NCBI GenBank assembly: GCA_964507445.1
Contig: CAZDQF010000012.1
Location: 65,989 to 129,988 of the forward strand
Reading direction: 5' to 3'
From: an uncultured Isosphaeraceae bacterium
Lineage (GTDB): Bacteria > Planctomycetota > GCA-002687715
Length of the DNA: 64,000 bases
In this document: positions 20,101 through 29,392 of the stretch, one piece after another
How positions within the stretch are numbered: the stretch's first letter is position 1
Layout: each line of letters starts with the position of its first letter
Program-made: the position numbers and the translations under genes
The notes under the pieces: generated by a model
Seen by the model: only the letters and a program-made list of their open reading frames with translations
Told to the model about the DNA's origin: nothing
Databases searched by the model: none

Positions 20101-23100
20101 AGCGCTTGCAAGGAGGGACGACGTCGCGTAGCCGCGGAGTTCATTCGCAGAGATGAATTGCGTCGTCAACGCCGTTCCGTTCCACCGGACCGTGGAGTCA
20201 CCGCTGATGAACTGGGACCCCATGACGGTCAACCAGAATCCCGGAGTCCCGACGGATACGCTGGTGGTGCCCAGCGACGTTAGCGTGGGAGTCGGGTTCT
20301 CGACCGTGAAGGTGGTGAAGGCGCTGCCACCTCCGGGGGCCGGGTTCTCGACACCGATGGATGTGATGTTGGCGAAGTTGAACCAACCCTGGGAGTTGGT
20401 GAGCGTCACGGTGACCGTGTTGGCGTCGATGAACGTGGTCGGAAGCGCGTTGCCGCCGCCGTTGCCGAACCTGACCACCGAAGTGGAGTTGAAGTTCGAT
20501 CCGTTGACCGTGACCAGGAGCGGACCGCTGCCGAGGAGCGCCGTATCCGGAGTCACCGAGGAAATCGTGGGCGCGGGATTGGTGATGTCGAAGGTCAAGG
20601 GGGCGGAGATGCCGCCTCCAGGTCCCGAGGTCTCCACGTCCACCGCTGCGGTTCCGGGCAAGGCGATGAGCGGCGAGGGGACCGTGGCGCGAAGCTGAGT
20701 GGCGGAGACGAACGCAGTGAGGAGAGGCGTCCCGTTCCAGCGCACGGTGGAGGACCCGTTCACGAAAGCCGAGCCGTTGACGTTGAGCAGGAACGTCGGA
20801 CCTTCGGTGAGGACGGAGGGCGGGTCCAGAGAGGTGGGCGCGGGCGCCGGGTTCTCCACAGTGAAGGTGGTCGATCCGAAGCCGCCGCCGGGTGACGGGT
20901 TGGTGACGCCGACGATCACCGTGCCCGCGGCCGTGAGCGCCCCGCAGGGCACGGTCGCGGCGACCGTGTTGGCATCGACGAAGGTCGTCGCGAGGCTGAT
21001 GCCGTCGAAGCTGATCACCGAACTTGGGACGAACTCGGAACCGTTGACGGTGATGGGGAACGCTCCGCCCCCGTTCTCGTACCAGGCGACCTTGTGGTCA
21101 GGGTCGGTAGAGAAACCTCCGAATGCCAGCGACGCGGAGAGGACGTCCATGTCACAGTCGCCGTCAAGGTCCGCGGCGAAGACGCATTCGGGGGACTCAA
21201 CGTCCATGGAGATCGCGGAGGGCGGTCCGAAGCTGCCGCCGCCCAGATTCTCATACCACGTAATTTGCTCCGGAGAACTCCCGCCGGACGCGCCGGACGC
21301 GGAGAGCACGTCGGTGTCGCCGTCGCCGTCGAGGTCTGCGGCAAACACGCTCGTGGCGGAATCAGCGCTGGCGCTGACCACCTGCTGCGGTCCGAAGCTG
21401 CCGCCGCCCATGTTCTCGTACCACGCGATCTTGTCGTCCGTAATTGAAGCCGAGAGCACGTCACGGTCGCCATCACCATCGAGGTCCGTGGCGAACACGC
21501 TCGTCCCTCCCCACACGCCAGTGGGGGTGCCTGCTGGCCCGCTCAGCCATTGCTCGGCGCCGAAGCTGCCGCCGCCGGTGTTCTCGTACCACGCGATCCT
21601 GTCCTGAGACGCGTGGAGCACGTCGGTGTCCCCGTCGCCGTCAACGTCGATGGCGAAGACACTGCGGGCGCTGCCCGCACTCGTGGTGATGACTTGCTGG
21701 GCACCGAAGGTGCCGCCGCCGGTGTTCTCGTACCAGGCGATCTTGTTGTCGAGGGGGGAAGCGGAGAGCACGTCGTGGTCGCCGTCCCCGTCCACGTCGG
21801 CGGCGTGCACGCACCAGGCGCCTGCCGCGAGGGTCGTGATGACCTGCTGGGGTCCGAACGTGCCGCCGCCGAGGTTCTCGTACCAGGCGATCTTGTCGTC
21901 GTCAAAGGAGGCGGAGAGGACGTCCGCGTCATTGTCGCCGTCGAGATCGATGGCGAAGACGCTGGTGCCTCGCTGGAGGGTGGAGGGTATGGAGTACGTC
22001 GTGACCGCTTGCATGGTGCCGAAGTTGCCGTCCCCCAGGTTCTCGTACCAACCGATCGTGTGGAGAAACGCTGCGAGGACGTCGAGGTCGCCGTCGCCGT
22101 CCAGGTCTTCGGCGTAGACGCTTCGCGGTTCACGTTGATCCAGACCATTGGTGTACGGGCTGAGCACCTGCTGCGGTCCGAAGCTGCCAAGGCCGCCGAT
22201 GACCGCCGAGGACGGCGACGTGGACGTCACCGTCGGTACCGGGTTGACGGTGTTGAACGCGACGGAGGAGTATCCGCTGCCGATGGTGGGTGCGGGGTTC
22301 ACGACGCCGACGGTATAAGTCCCAATCCCGGCGATGGACGAGGCCGGGACGGTCGCCGTGAGGGTGCCCGCGTTCACGAACGTGGTCGCCAGGTTCAGGC
22401 CGTCGAAGCTGATCACGGACGTCGGGACGAAGTTCACGCCGTTCACCGTCAGGAGGAACGCCGGACCGCCGGCGGCGGCGGTGCTCGGAGTGGTGGAGAC
22501 GACCAGCGGGTCCAGGTTGTTCACGGTGAAGGTGTTCGCCGTGCTGACGCCGCCGCCGGGAGCGGGGTTCTCCACGGTCACCGCTGCGTACCCTGCCGAC
22601 GCGACGAAGCTCGCGGGGATGGCGCACGTCAGCTCGCTCGATGTCACGTAGGTCGTCGGCTGCGGAGCGCCGTCCCATTGGATGACGGAGCTCGACGAGA
22701 ATCCGGTGCCGATCACGGCGAGGGTGAACGCCCCGCCTCCCACCAGGGTCGATTGGGGAGTCAAGCCCGTGATGGTCGGCACGGGGTGCCCGATGGTGAA
22801 AGTCTGGGTCGTCGAGATGCCACCTCCGGGGGTCGGGTTCTGGACGCTGACGCTGGCGGTGCCGAACGTCGCCACCAGAGACGCGGGGACGGCTGCCGTG
22901 AGCTGGGAGGCGCTGACGAACGTGGTGCTCAGCGGCGCTCCGTTCCACTGGATGGTGGCGTTGGATGCGAAGCCGGACCCGTTGGCCGTCAGGGTGAAGC
23001 CGCCTGCGCCGGCGGTCGTTGCCGCGGGCGAGATCGACGTCAGCGCGGGCACCGGGTTCTGGGGCTGCGGCTCAACCAGCATGGAGAAGGTGAACGGCGT

Positions 23101-26100
23101 TCCCACCAGGCCGCTGTCGGTGGTGCAGACGATGGCATGCCAGCCTGGTGACAGGTTGACGGAGGAGGTCACCCCGTCGACGCCGTTGGCGATGGCGGCG
23201 TCCCGTGGCCTGAAGTCCGAGGTGGTCCCCGGGTCGAACAGACGCCACTTCAGGGGCGCCGCGTCGGACATGGTGATGTCGTACGTGCCCGCTGTCGTCA
23301 CACTGAATTCGAACGTCCTGATGACGCGGTTGGTGGGCCACGAGGCGATGGTGTAGGGCGTCCCCATGGCGAGCGTCACGTTGTAGGAACGCATGATGCT
23401 GGCGCCGTCCGTGCCGCTGACCCGGCTGGCGATGCCGTTGGCCTGATTGACGGGGCCGTTGCGGCCGTTGGCGATGACGAAGTCGGTGATGGCTCCCGAG
23501 GATCGGGAATGGACGCCGCCGATGCCGATGTCCCAGTCGGAGGTGGAGGCGCAGCCGACGGCGTTCCAGCGATTGAAGTCCAGAGTGAAGCTGAACGGGC
23601 TGCAAGGGTTGACGACGGATACCGGTACGGCGGTTGGAAGGGTGGTGTTCTGGAGCGCCGTCGGGCTGTAATGGACGGTGCCGTTCCAGACCCGGGGCGA
23701 GTACGTGCTTCCGAAGGGGTAGGTCTTTCCGGCTCCCTCCAGGATCTGGAGATTGGAATCCGCGGCATAGACCGCGCCGGCGGTCGTGCCGTTGGTGTAC
23801 TTGATGCCCGAGCCGTTGGTGACGGTGACGTAGAAGCCCTGGGTCGTGCCCGCCGTCATCGGCGTCATCAGGCTGATGGGGAGCGGCGTCGGGGCATTCA
23901 GGCCGTTGGAGACCACGCCGGCGGCCGACCCGATCAGAGTCCAGGCCGAGGAGTTGGTCTCGTTGCCGACGAAGGTGCCGCCTCCGGTGACCCCGTAGAC
24001 CTCGAGGTCCCACGTCCCCACGTCGAGGTTGACGTCGAAGCCGCAGATGCTGACGTCGTTGATGGCCACCAGATCGAACATGTTGCCGGCCTGGCCGTTG
24101 TTGCTCGCGAAGGTCGTGGTCAGTCCCGTTGCCTGGGAGAAGTTGTTGATGATGAAGGGCAAGGACGCCGAGGTCCCGCCCCCGGGGAGCGGGCTCTCCA
24201 CCAACACCGCCGCCGTGCCCGTCGTGGTCAGGAAGTTGTCCCCCACCAGAGCCTTGAGGGTGTTGCCGTCCTCGAAGGTGGTGGTCAGGGTGGTGCCGTC
24301 GAACTTGACCGTGGAGTCGGCGACGAAGCCGGACCCGCTGACCGTGATCTGCAACGGATCGAAGGTGTTCTCGTACCAGGTGATCGCGGAAGTGCTGAGG
24401 GACAGGGAGAGGATGTCGAGGTCGCCGTCGCCGTTGAGGTCGCTGGCGAACACGTTGTTGGCGTAGTCCGCCGTGGTGGAGACGACGTTCTCGGGCCCGA
24501 AAGAGCCGCCGAGGTTCTCGTACCAGGCGATCTTGTCGTCGAACCGGGACGCCGACAGCACGTCGCGGTCGCCGTCGCCGTCCAGATCGGCGGCGAACAC
24601 GCTCACGGCGCCGTCGGCGCTGCTGCTGATCACCTGCTGGGTCCCGAAAGACCCGCCGAGGTTTTCGTACCAGGCGATCTTGTCGTCGCCTTGAGACGCG
24701 GAGAGGACATCCACGTCGCCGTCGCCGTCGAGATCGGCGGCGAAGACGCTACGGGCGCCCTGCGCGTTGGTGGTGATCGTCTGCGGGGTACCGAATCCCC
24801 AGGGGAAGTTCTCGTACCAGGTGATGCGGTTGTCGCCCTGGGACGCCGACAGCACGTCGGCGTCACCGTCGCCGTCAAGGTCCGCGGTGAAGACGTCCAT
24901 GGCGCCCATCGCGTTGCTGGTGATCAAGTGCTGGGGCCCGAAGGAGCCGCCGATGTTCTCGTACCAGGCGATCTTGTTGTCATCGCGGGACGCGGAGAGG
25001 ACGTCGAGGTCGCCATCCCCATCGAGGTCCGCGGCGTGAACGGCGTAGGCGTAGGCGAGGTTGCTGGTGATCACCTGCGGTGCGCCGAAGGACCCGCCGC
25101 CGAGGTTCTCGTACCAGGCGATCTGGTTGCTGGGCAGGGAGACCGAGAGGACGTCGAGGTCGCCGTCGTTGTCGAGGTCGCCCGTGTGCACGTCAACGAA
25201 ATGACTGTAGGTACCAGCGTGGACCACGACGTTTTGCGGGGCTCCGAAGGATCCGCCGAGGTTCTCGCACCACCGGACGGCGTTGACCGTGGTGCCGAGG
25301 ATGTCGTTGTCGCCGTCACCGTCGAGGTCGGCGGCGTGGACGTCCCATGCGAAGCCAAAGCCCGTCGCGATCACCTGCTCCGGGCCGATTCCACCGGCCG
25401 GAGTGACGACGGGGCTGCTGTCCGGGGTGACCGAGGTCAGCGTCGGGACCGGGTTCACGAAGGTGACCGTGAACGGCGTCGAGGCCGACGTCCCGCCGCC
25501 TGGCGACGGGTTGAAGACCTCCACGTCGTGGGTCCCTGCCGTGGCGACGTAGCTCGCCGGGATGGTGCATCGCAAGAGGCCGGGCAGCACCAGGGTGGTG
25601 GGCTGGCTCAGGCCATTCCATCGGATCACCGAGCTGGTGTTGAAGCCGGAGCCGAGGAGGTCGAGGCTGAAGGACCCGCTGCCGGCGGTGGTGGAGGACG
25701 GGAACATGCCGGTGACCGAGGGCGTCGGGTGACCGATGAGTAGGGTCTGGCTCGGGGAGAATCCGCCCCCCGGGGCCGGGTTCTCGATGCTGATGGCAGC
25801 GGTTCCGACGGTGGCCGTGAGGGATGAGGGTACGGATGCCGTGAGCTGGGACGTGCTGACGAAGGTGGTGGCCAGAGGGGTGTTGAGAGTCGTGCCGCTC
25901 CAGTGGACCATCGCGCCCGAGACGAAGTTGGAGCCGTTGGCGGTCAGGGTCAGGGTGCCGCCGCCGACGGTCGCTGACGTGGGGGCGATCGACGTCAAGG
26001 TGGGTAACGGGTTCGATCCAGGGATGCTGTCCACGCGGACCTGGAACGACAGGCTGCTGGCGGGCGCACCGAAGGGGTGGGTGACGGCGATGGCGTGCCA

Positions 26101-29004
26101 TCCGGCGTCGAGGGTGACGGTGTGGGTCGTGCCGTTCGCAACTCCGTTGATCACGAAGTCGCTGCTGGGTCGCCACTGGGAGTCGTTCCCCGGTGCATGG
26201 AGCTTCCAGTACAGGGCGCTGCTTCCCGTGAGCGTGATGTCATAGCTGCCAGCGGTGGTGGCGTTGAAGTCGAACATCCGGATCACGAAAGAAGCCGGCC
26301 AGCTGGAGGAGAGGGTCGTGCCGACGGGGAGACCATCGATGTCCGCCCGCTGCAAGCGCGCCGCCGCGGCGCCCGCGTTCAGGACGGCGACTCCGTTCTG
26401 CGGGTTGATGGCTCCGAGGTGACCGTTGGTGATGACGTAGTCCGTCAGGCCGAAGGCGTAGCCGGACTGGGCCGAGCCGACGCCGATGTTCCAGTCCGAG
26501 GTCGAGGCCACGCCCACGGCGTTCCAACGATTCGCGGCGGTGACCGTCGTGAAGGGGTGGCAGGGACCGCCGATGTTGCTGACGGAGATGCCGCTCAGGG
26601 GGACATTGCTGGCCACCGGGCAGACGTTGCTCATGACGTAGGTCGTGTCGGGTGACGGTCCGTTGTTCCGGTAGAGAAGGAGCGCGTGGTATCCCGTGCT
26701 CGACACCGTCACGGTCCAGGTCGTGCCGCTCGCCGTCCCGCCGCCGATGTAGTCGTTCTTGCGGATCCAGTTGGCGTCGGACTGGGGTGCGTAGAGGCGC
26801 CAGGAGATGGAGGAGTCTCCCGTCACGGTGACGGCGTAGGTGCCGGTGGCGGCGAGGTTGATCTCTCGAAGCTCCAGGATCTCGCCGGGGCTGAACGTGT
26901 CGACCCCGTTGAATCCGGTCGCGCCGAGCGCCGTGGCGCCCTCAGCCTCCACCGTCGCGTCGGCGGACCCGGCGGTGCCGATGACCAGCCCGGTGGTGGG
27001 GCTGATGGCCCCGTGGTGTCCGTTGGCCAGAACGAAGTCCGCGCCCGTGGTCGTCGACGTGGCGCTTCCCATCACCAGGTTCCAGTTGGAGGACGACGAG
27101 ACGCCCACCACGTTCCACCGACCGGCCACCGGGTTGACACCGATCTCCCGGCAAGGCGTGGCGTTGGTGATCACGGCCGGGCTCTCGTTGGCGATCAGGT
27201 TGATGGAAGACCCGTTGCACACGGTGACCCCGAAAGTGGACGGGGTCACGGCCGCCGTGCCGTTGTCCTTGTAGACGACGATGACGTGCCAGCCCGCGTC
27301 GAAGAGCAGGTGGTTGCTGGCGCCGTCGCCCACGGTTCCGCTGGCGATCAGCGTGGTCGAGTTCCGTGCCCGCCAGCTCTCATCCGAACCGGGCTTGTAC
27401 AGGCGCCAGCTCAGGTCCGGGCTGCCGGAGACGGCGATCTCGTAGTAGCCGCCCAGGGACTCGAACTCGAACATCTGCATGACGTCCGTGGACCCCCAGG
27501 TGTTGGTGTCCATGGTCCCCACGGTGAGGGTCTGGGCCTCGAGGAGATCGGCGCGAGCGGTGTCGGTGCCGACGTACTGATCGAACTCCCCGGACGTCGG
27601 GGCGACGGTGCCCAGGTGCCCGTTGGCGATGATGAAGTCGCAGCTCCCGCCGCTCAGGGTCGAGCTGGCGTCTTCATGGATGAGGTCCCAGTCGCTGGCG
27701 GACGTGATGCCGAAACCGACCCAGCTGTTGGCTGCCGGTGTGCCGTTGAACACCTGGAAGTCGCAGGTCACCGGGTCTGAGTTTCCCGTGGTGGAGCTGG
27801 CGAGGTACTGGTTCGAGCAGCCGACGGTGTTGGAGATGGCGATCTGCAATCCGGGTGTCAGGATGCTCTGGGCGTGGTTGTTCAAATAGCCTGCCAATGC
27901 ACACCCACCGTGCGTGTGTATCCCGATCACCTCCCCGGTCGCCTCATTGATCATGGGAGCCCCAGAGGCGCCGCCAGCGGAATCAACAAGGTGCTCAATG
28001 TAATCGTTGACGTAAGCGGTAAGGGGTCCCGTCGCCGTCTGCTGAGCGCACCAGTACGCAGGGTCATTCGCATCAACTCCAAAGCCGGTGAGGCGGAGTA
28101 CTGGGTTGTTTGGCGGAGGCAGGATTAGAGGCAAGGTCGTCGCGAGGGTGAAGTGCGCGCCCTGGTTCCCGACCGCCGTCTGCCCGGTGGAATTCGGGTG
28201 GAGGCGCCCCACGAGCCAATCGGCACCAATGCCGTTGTTGAGGGACCAGATGGAAGACTGGTCCACCGGGTACTGATCGGCCACGGGAGGATGCTGAAAC
28301 TGAGCCGGTGGACTATTACCGGGGTTGGACACTGGAAGGGACAACGGAACGTTGAACTCCGCGATGACCACCGCCCCGGGCGGTACCTGGTTGGGATTCA
28401 AAGGGCCGGGTGCATAGCAATGCCCGGCGCTGACGATGGTGTTGGTGTCGCTGATGAGGAATCCGGTGCAAGCTGCAGGTCCGGTACCCAAGCTGGATAC
28501 GAGGCGGCAGACGCGCGGGTCACTGCTGGGGACTCGATCGTCGATACCCGCGCAAATCGAAGCTAATGGGTCATTGCCGTGATGCTGCCCGACCAACCCG
28601 AGTGCACCCACATAGAGATCACGGATGACCACCTGCCCGACGGATCCCGCAGCCAGCTCCACGGAGAGCTCCAGACGGTCGCCGTTGAACCACGCGGTGT
28701 GGTTGCGCCAGAGCTTGAGGTTGGAGAGGGTGAGGCGCTGCTGCTCGCCGTCGCGGGGATTGGTGACGACGATGGCGTCGTCCGGGTGTTGCAGGTCCGC
28801 CGTGTCGAAGAGGAGCTGTAGGGAGGGCGCCCCGGGTACGGTCACCGTAGTCTTCCACACCGTCTTGGACCCGGCCCCGCTGTTGGAAAGGATGCCGGAG
28901 GCGAGGGGATAGGGGATCATGGTCCCCATAGGCGCCGGTGATTGAGAGGCGGCCGAGGTCACAAGGCAGACAAGGACGGCAGCAAGGCGTGACTGGCGCA
29001 TCAT
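17164..29004 (-). CDS. Giant (3946 aa) secreted multidomain protein: N-terminal trypsin-like S1 serine protease, pre-peptidase-like beta-sandwich repeats, about 20 IPT/TIG domains, two FG-GAP/VCBS beta-propeller arrays, conserved C-terminal domain
   Basis: Signal peptide MMRQSRLAAVLVCLVTSAASQ with RBS GGAG 7 nt upstream. Protease motifs SAGHCY and GGASGAP. Repeated W(R/K)LY/F...PG.D..WR modules. IPT/TIG repeats (P.LTS..P.SA..GG..FTLT.NGS.F..GS.V.WNG..L.TTFVS...L.A.VP). FG-GAP blades (VFAADLDGDGD.DVLSAS..D.KIAWYENLGGGSFG). The frame stays open for 11.8 kb. Confidence 0.85.
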   Translation of the reverse strand: MMRQSRLAAVLVCLVTSAASQSPAPMGTMIPYPLASGILSNSGAGSKTVWKTTVTVPGAPSLQLLFDTADLQHPDDAIVVTNPRDGEQQRLTLSNLKLWRNHTAWFNGDRLELSVELAAGSVGQVVIRDLYVGALGLVGQHHGNDPLASICAGIDDRVPSSDPRVCRLVSSLGTGPAACTGFLISDTNTIVSAGHCYAPGPLNPNQVPPGAVVIAEFNVPLSLPVSNPGNSPPAQFQHPPVADQYPVDQSSIWSLNNGIGADWLVGRLHPNSTGQTAVGNQGAHFTLATTLPLILPPPNNPVLRLTGFGVDANDPAYWCAQQTATGPLTAYVNDYIEHLVDSAGGASGAPMINEATGEVIGIHTHGGCALAGYLNNHAQSILTPGLQIAISNTVGCSNQYLASSTTGNSDPVTCDFQVFNGTPAANSWVGFGITSASDWDLIHEDASSTLSGGSCDFIIANGHLGTVAPTSGEFDQYVGTDTARADLLEAQTLTVGTMDTNTWGSTDVMQMFEFESLGGYYEIAVSGSPDLSWRLYKPGSDESWRARNSTTLIASGTVGDGASNHLLFDAGWHVIVVYKDNGTAAVTPSTFGVTVCNGSSINLIANESPAVITNATPCREIGVNPVAGRWNVVGVSSSSNWNLVMGSATSTTTGADFVLANGHHGAISPTTGLVIGTAGSADATVEAEGATALGATGFNGVDTFSPGEILELREINLAATGTYAVTVTGDSSISWRLYAPQSDANWIRKNDYIGGGTASGTTWTVTVSSTGYHALLLYRNNGPSPDTTYVMSNVCPVASNVPLSGISVSNIGGPCHPFTTVTAANRWNAVGVASTSDWNIGVGSAQSGYAFGLTDYVITNGHLGAINPQNGVAVLNAGAAAARLQRADIDGLPVGTTLSSSWPASFVIRMFDFNATTAGSYDITLTGSSALYWKLHAPGNDSQWRPSSDFVINGVANGTTHTVTLDAGWHAIAVTHPFGAPASSLSFQVRVDSIPGSNPLPTLTSIAPTSATVGGGTLTLTANGSNFVSGAMVHWSGTTLNTPLATTFVSTSQLTASVPSSLTATVGTAAISIENPAPGGGFSPSQTLLIGHPTPSVTGMFPSSTTAGSGSFSLDLLGSGFNTSSVIRWNGLSQPTTLVLPGLLRCTIPASYVATAGTHDVEVFNPSPGGGTSASTPFTVTFVNPVPTLTSVTPDSSPVVTPAGGIGPEQVIATGFGFAWDVHAADLDGDGDNDILGTTVNAVRWCENLGGSFGAPQNVVVHAGTYSHFVDVHTGDLDNDGDLDVLSVSLPSNQIAWYENLGGGSFGAPQVITSNLAYAYAVHAADLDGDGDLDVLSASRDDNKIAWYENIGGSFGPQHLITSNAMGAMDVFTADLDGDGDADVLSASQGDNRITWYENFPWGFGTPQTITTNAQGARSVFAADLDGDGDVDVLSASQGDDKIAWYENLGGSFGTQQVISSSADGAVSVFAADLDGDGDRDVLSASRFDDKIAWYENLGGSFGPENVVSTTADYANNVFASDLNGDGDLDILSLSLSTSAITWYENTFDPLQITVSGSGFVADSTVKFDGTTLTTTFEDGNTLKALVGDNFLTTTGTAAVLVESPLPGGGTSASLPFIINNFSQATGLTTTFASNNGQAGNMFDLVAINDVSICGFDVNLDVGTWDLEVYGVTGGGTFVGNETNSSAWTLIGSAAGVVSNGLNAPTPLPISLMTPMTAGTTQGFYVTVTNGSGIKYTNGTTAGAVYAADSNLQILEGAGKTYPFGSTYSPRVWNGTVHYSPTALQNTTLPTAVPVSVVNPCSPFSFTLDFNRWNAVGCASTSDWDIGIGGVHSRSSGAITDFVIANGRNGPVNQANGIASRVSGTDGASIMRSYNVTLAMGTPYTIASWPTNRVIRTFEFSVTTAGTYDITMSDAAPLKWRLFDPGTTSDFRPRDAAIANGVDGVTSSVNLSPGWHAIVCTTDSGLVGTPFTFSMLVEPQPQNPVPALTSISPAATTAGAGGFTLTANGSGFASNATIQWNGAPLSTTFVSASQLTAAVPASLVATFGTASVSVQNPTPGGGISTTQTFTIGHPVPTITGLTPQSTLVGGGAFTLAVIGTGFSSSSVIQWDGAPQPTTYVTSSELTCAIPASFVASAGYAAVTVENPAPGGGVSTANTFTVNNLDPLVVSTTPSTAAAGGPAFLLTVNGVNFVPTSVISFDGLNLATTFVNAGTLTATVPASSIAGIGTYTVGVVNPAPTIGSGYSSVAFNTVNPVPTVTSTSPSSAVIGGLGSFGPQQVLSPYTNGLDQREPRSVYAEDLDGDGDLDVLAAFLHTIGWYENLGDGNFGTMQAVTTYSIPSTLQRGTSVFAIDLDGDNDADVLSASFDDDKIAWYENLGGGTFGPQQVITTLAAGAWCVHAADVDGDGDHDVLSASPLDNKIAWYENTGGGTFGAQQVITTSAGSARSVFAIDVDGDGDTDVLHASQDRIAWYENTGGGSFGAEQWLSGPAGTPTGVWGGTSVFATDLDGDGDRDVLSASITDDKIAWYENMGGGSFGPQQVVSASADSATSVFAADLDGDGDTDVLSASGASGGSSPEQITWYENLGGGSFGPPSAISMDVESPECVFAADLDGDCDMDVLSASLAFGGFSTDPDHKVAWYENGGGAFPITVNGSEFVPSSVISFDGISLATTFVDANTVAATVPCGALTAAGTVIVGVTNPSPGGGFGSTTFTVENPAPAPTSLDPPSVLTEGPTFLLNVNGSAFVNGSSTVRWNGTPLLTAFVSATQLRATVPSPLIALPGTAAVDVETSGPGGGISAPLTFDITNPAPTISSVTPDTALLGSGPLLVTVNGSNFNSTSVVRFGNGGGNALPTTFIDANTVTVTLTNSQGWFNFANITSIGVENPAPGGGSAFTTFTVENPTPTLTSLGTTSVSVGTPGFWLTVMGSQFISGDSTVRWNGTALTTQFISANELRGYATSSLLASAGVVSVDVETTGPGGGVSSSLPFTVVGPTPTTSLGTTFAANSGQAGNMFDLVAINDVSICGFDVNLDPGTWDLEVYTVTGGGTFIGKENDPSAWTLAGAATGVVSNGGNVPTPLPIGLMVSLAAGSTQGFYVTVTNGAAMNDLVGTSPGAVFAADANLQILEGAGKTYPFGATFSPRVWSGAVHYRTTALAHLQGSSAWTISEPCSPFTFTAQAGGWVAVGLQSTSDWDLGVGSAFSQSPGAVSEFVVANGDNGTVSPLHGVASRVGGTGSARIKSRSGHPLTVGTPSLPQNWNAYEVIRLFQFDAPVAGNYNITMSNAAPLKWRLFDPGTNADFRPRGSAIASGVDGVTSTVSLSPGLHAIVCTTDTGPVSAATYFGFTMLVEQVPNPAPSTTAMTPSSTPAGGPSFGLTVHGSGFALGSIVHWNGTPLSTSFMNSSTLAATVPAALIASPGVATVTVQSPAPGGGTSNGQTFTITNPVPAIGSLNPPSAVVNDPSFTLTVQGTGFTTNSVVRWNGAPQPTTYVSSSQLACGIPASLVTSAGYAAVTVENPAPGGGTSAAATFTINNPNPVVTSTTPATTFAGGPAFLLTVDGTNFVQGAVISFDGLNLATTFVNANTLTATVPASSITALSTFSVIVTNPAPTVGSGVSSIAFNTVIPAPTLTSTAPTSAIAGDVTFTMNVNGTGFFDGATMVRWNGTAIPTTYVSNTQVQGLVSAALIGQPGTANIDVENIDVTGMGFGGISGALPFPVLAPVISSLQPAGGPIMNPASPPHPVTIFGANFHPGTVAYADEFPLSTTFISSTELQCQIPGTHPGVQQRGGVAIAVENAHTVPSNPKAHSVGGPASNLGIGIRHPLGPLPGETYIAHFENGMPNMPFLCVVDVSNPTPIYPWPNPTGDFVLSVLPYPAPSIIPLVDGIGTFAPPSGATMDPNGHFDLGPFTLPNPPLGIQITVQGAFINPLAPLGYSVTWGKFPDRL

Positions 29005-29048
29005 TCACTCCACGATATGCGATTGGGATGGTGGCTCTGAACGCGTTG

Positions 29049-29077
29049 ATTTGAATGAAAAAGGCGGATTGCGTCAA
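29049..29077 (-). promoter_or_regulatory. Candidate sigma-70-type promoter of the giant gene (-35 TTGACG, 17-bp spacer, -10 TCAAAT)
   Basis: Read on the minus strand in a locally AT-richer stretch about 45-75 nt upstream of the ATG at 29004. A sequence-pattern match only. Confidence 0.25.
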
Positions 29078-29254
29078 TAGCCCATCACAGTCCAGTCCTG
29101 GATTGCCCCATTGCATTGGGATCAGTCCTTCCGGCTGTCCCTGGACTCGCACACCATGCGTGATTGCGCGACCCATTGGCGTCACGGACTGGTCCCGCCC
29201 AGGAGTCTGTAGCTCGAGAGTCGCAGTGCTCCGGGAGTTGCGACTCACCCCGGG

Positions 29255-29330
29255 GAGCGCGGAGGGGTTCAAGGTGGGCCGAGACAACGAGCTCAAGAAG
29301 AGCGGCGGGGGGGCGTGTGCGCATGAAGAG
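29255..29330 (+). pseudogene. Remnant of the 3' end of a parallel beta-helix gene (duplicate of 17020-17088)
   Basis: The nucleotide run gcggaggggttcaaggtgggccgagacaacgagctcaagaag, encoding SAEGFKVGRDNELKK, matches the C-terminus of the 15604-17088 protein (AEGFKVGRDNELKKNRKGRVRVK). Only about 25 codons remain and they then diverge. It lies just 3' of the second giant gene, the same relative position as the intact copy. Confidence 0.55.
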
Positions 29331-29362
29331 ACCGCGTCACTCCACAGGGAGTGACGCGGTCT
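29329..29362. terminator. Perfect 15-bp stem / 4-nt loop hairpin downstream of giant gene 2 (putative terminator)
   Basis: agaccgcgtcactcc-acag-ggagtgacgcggtct. Same relative position as the 17131-17158 hairpin. Confidence 0.5.
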
Positions 29363-29392
29363 GTTTCACGCTGCCTGGTGGCTCAGAGAGTC

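Noticed and set aside
23509-25743. 744-aa plus-strand ORF and the many 60-300-aa ORFs inside 17164-34372 on both strands
   Set aside because: Antisense or alternate-frame products of the giant protease genes. Their repeated appearance merely mirrors the repeats of the real frame.
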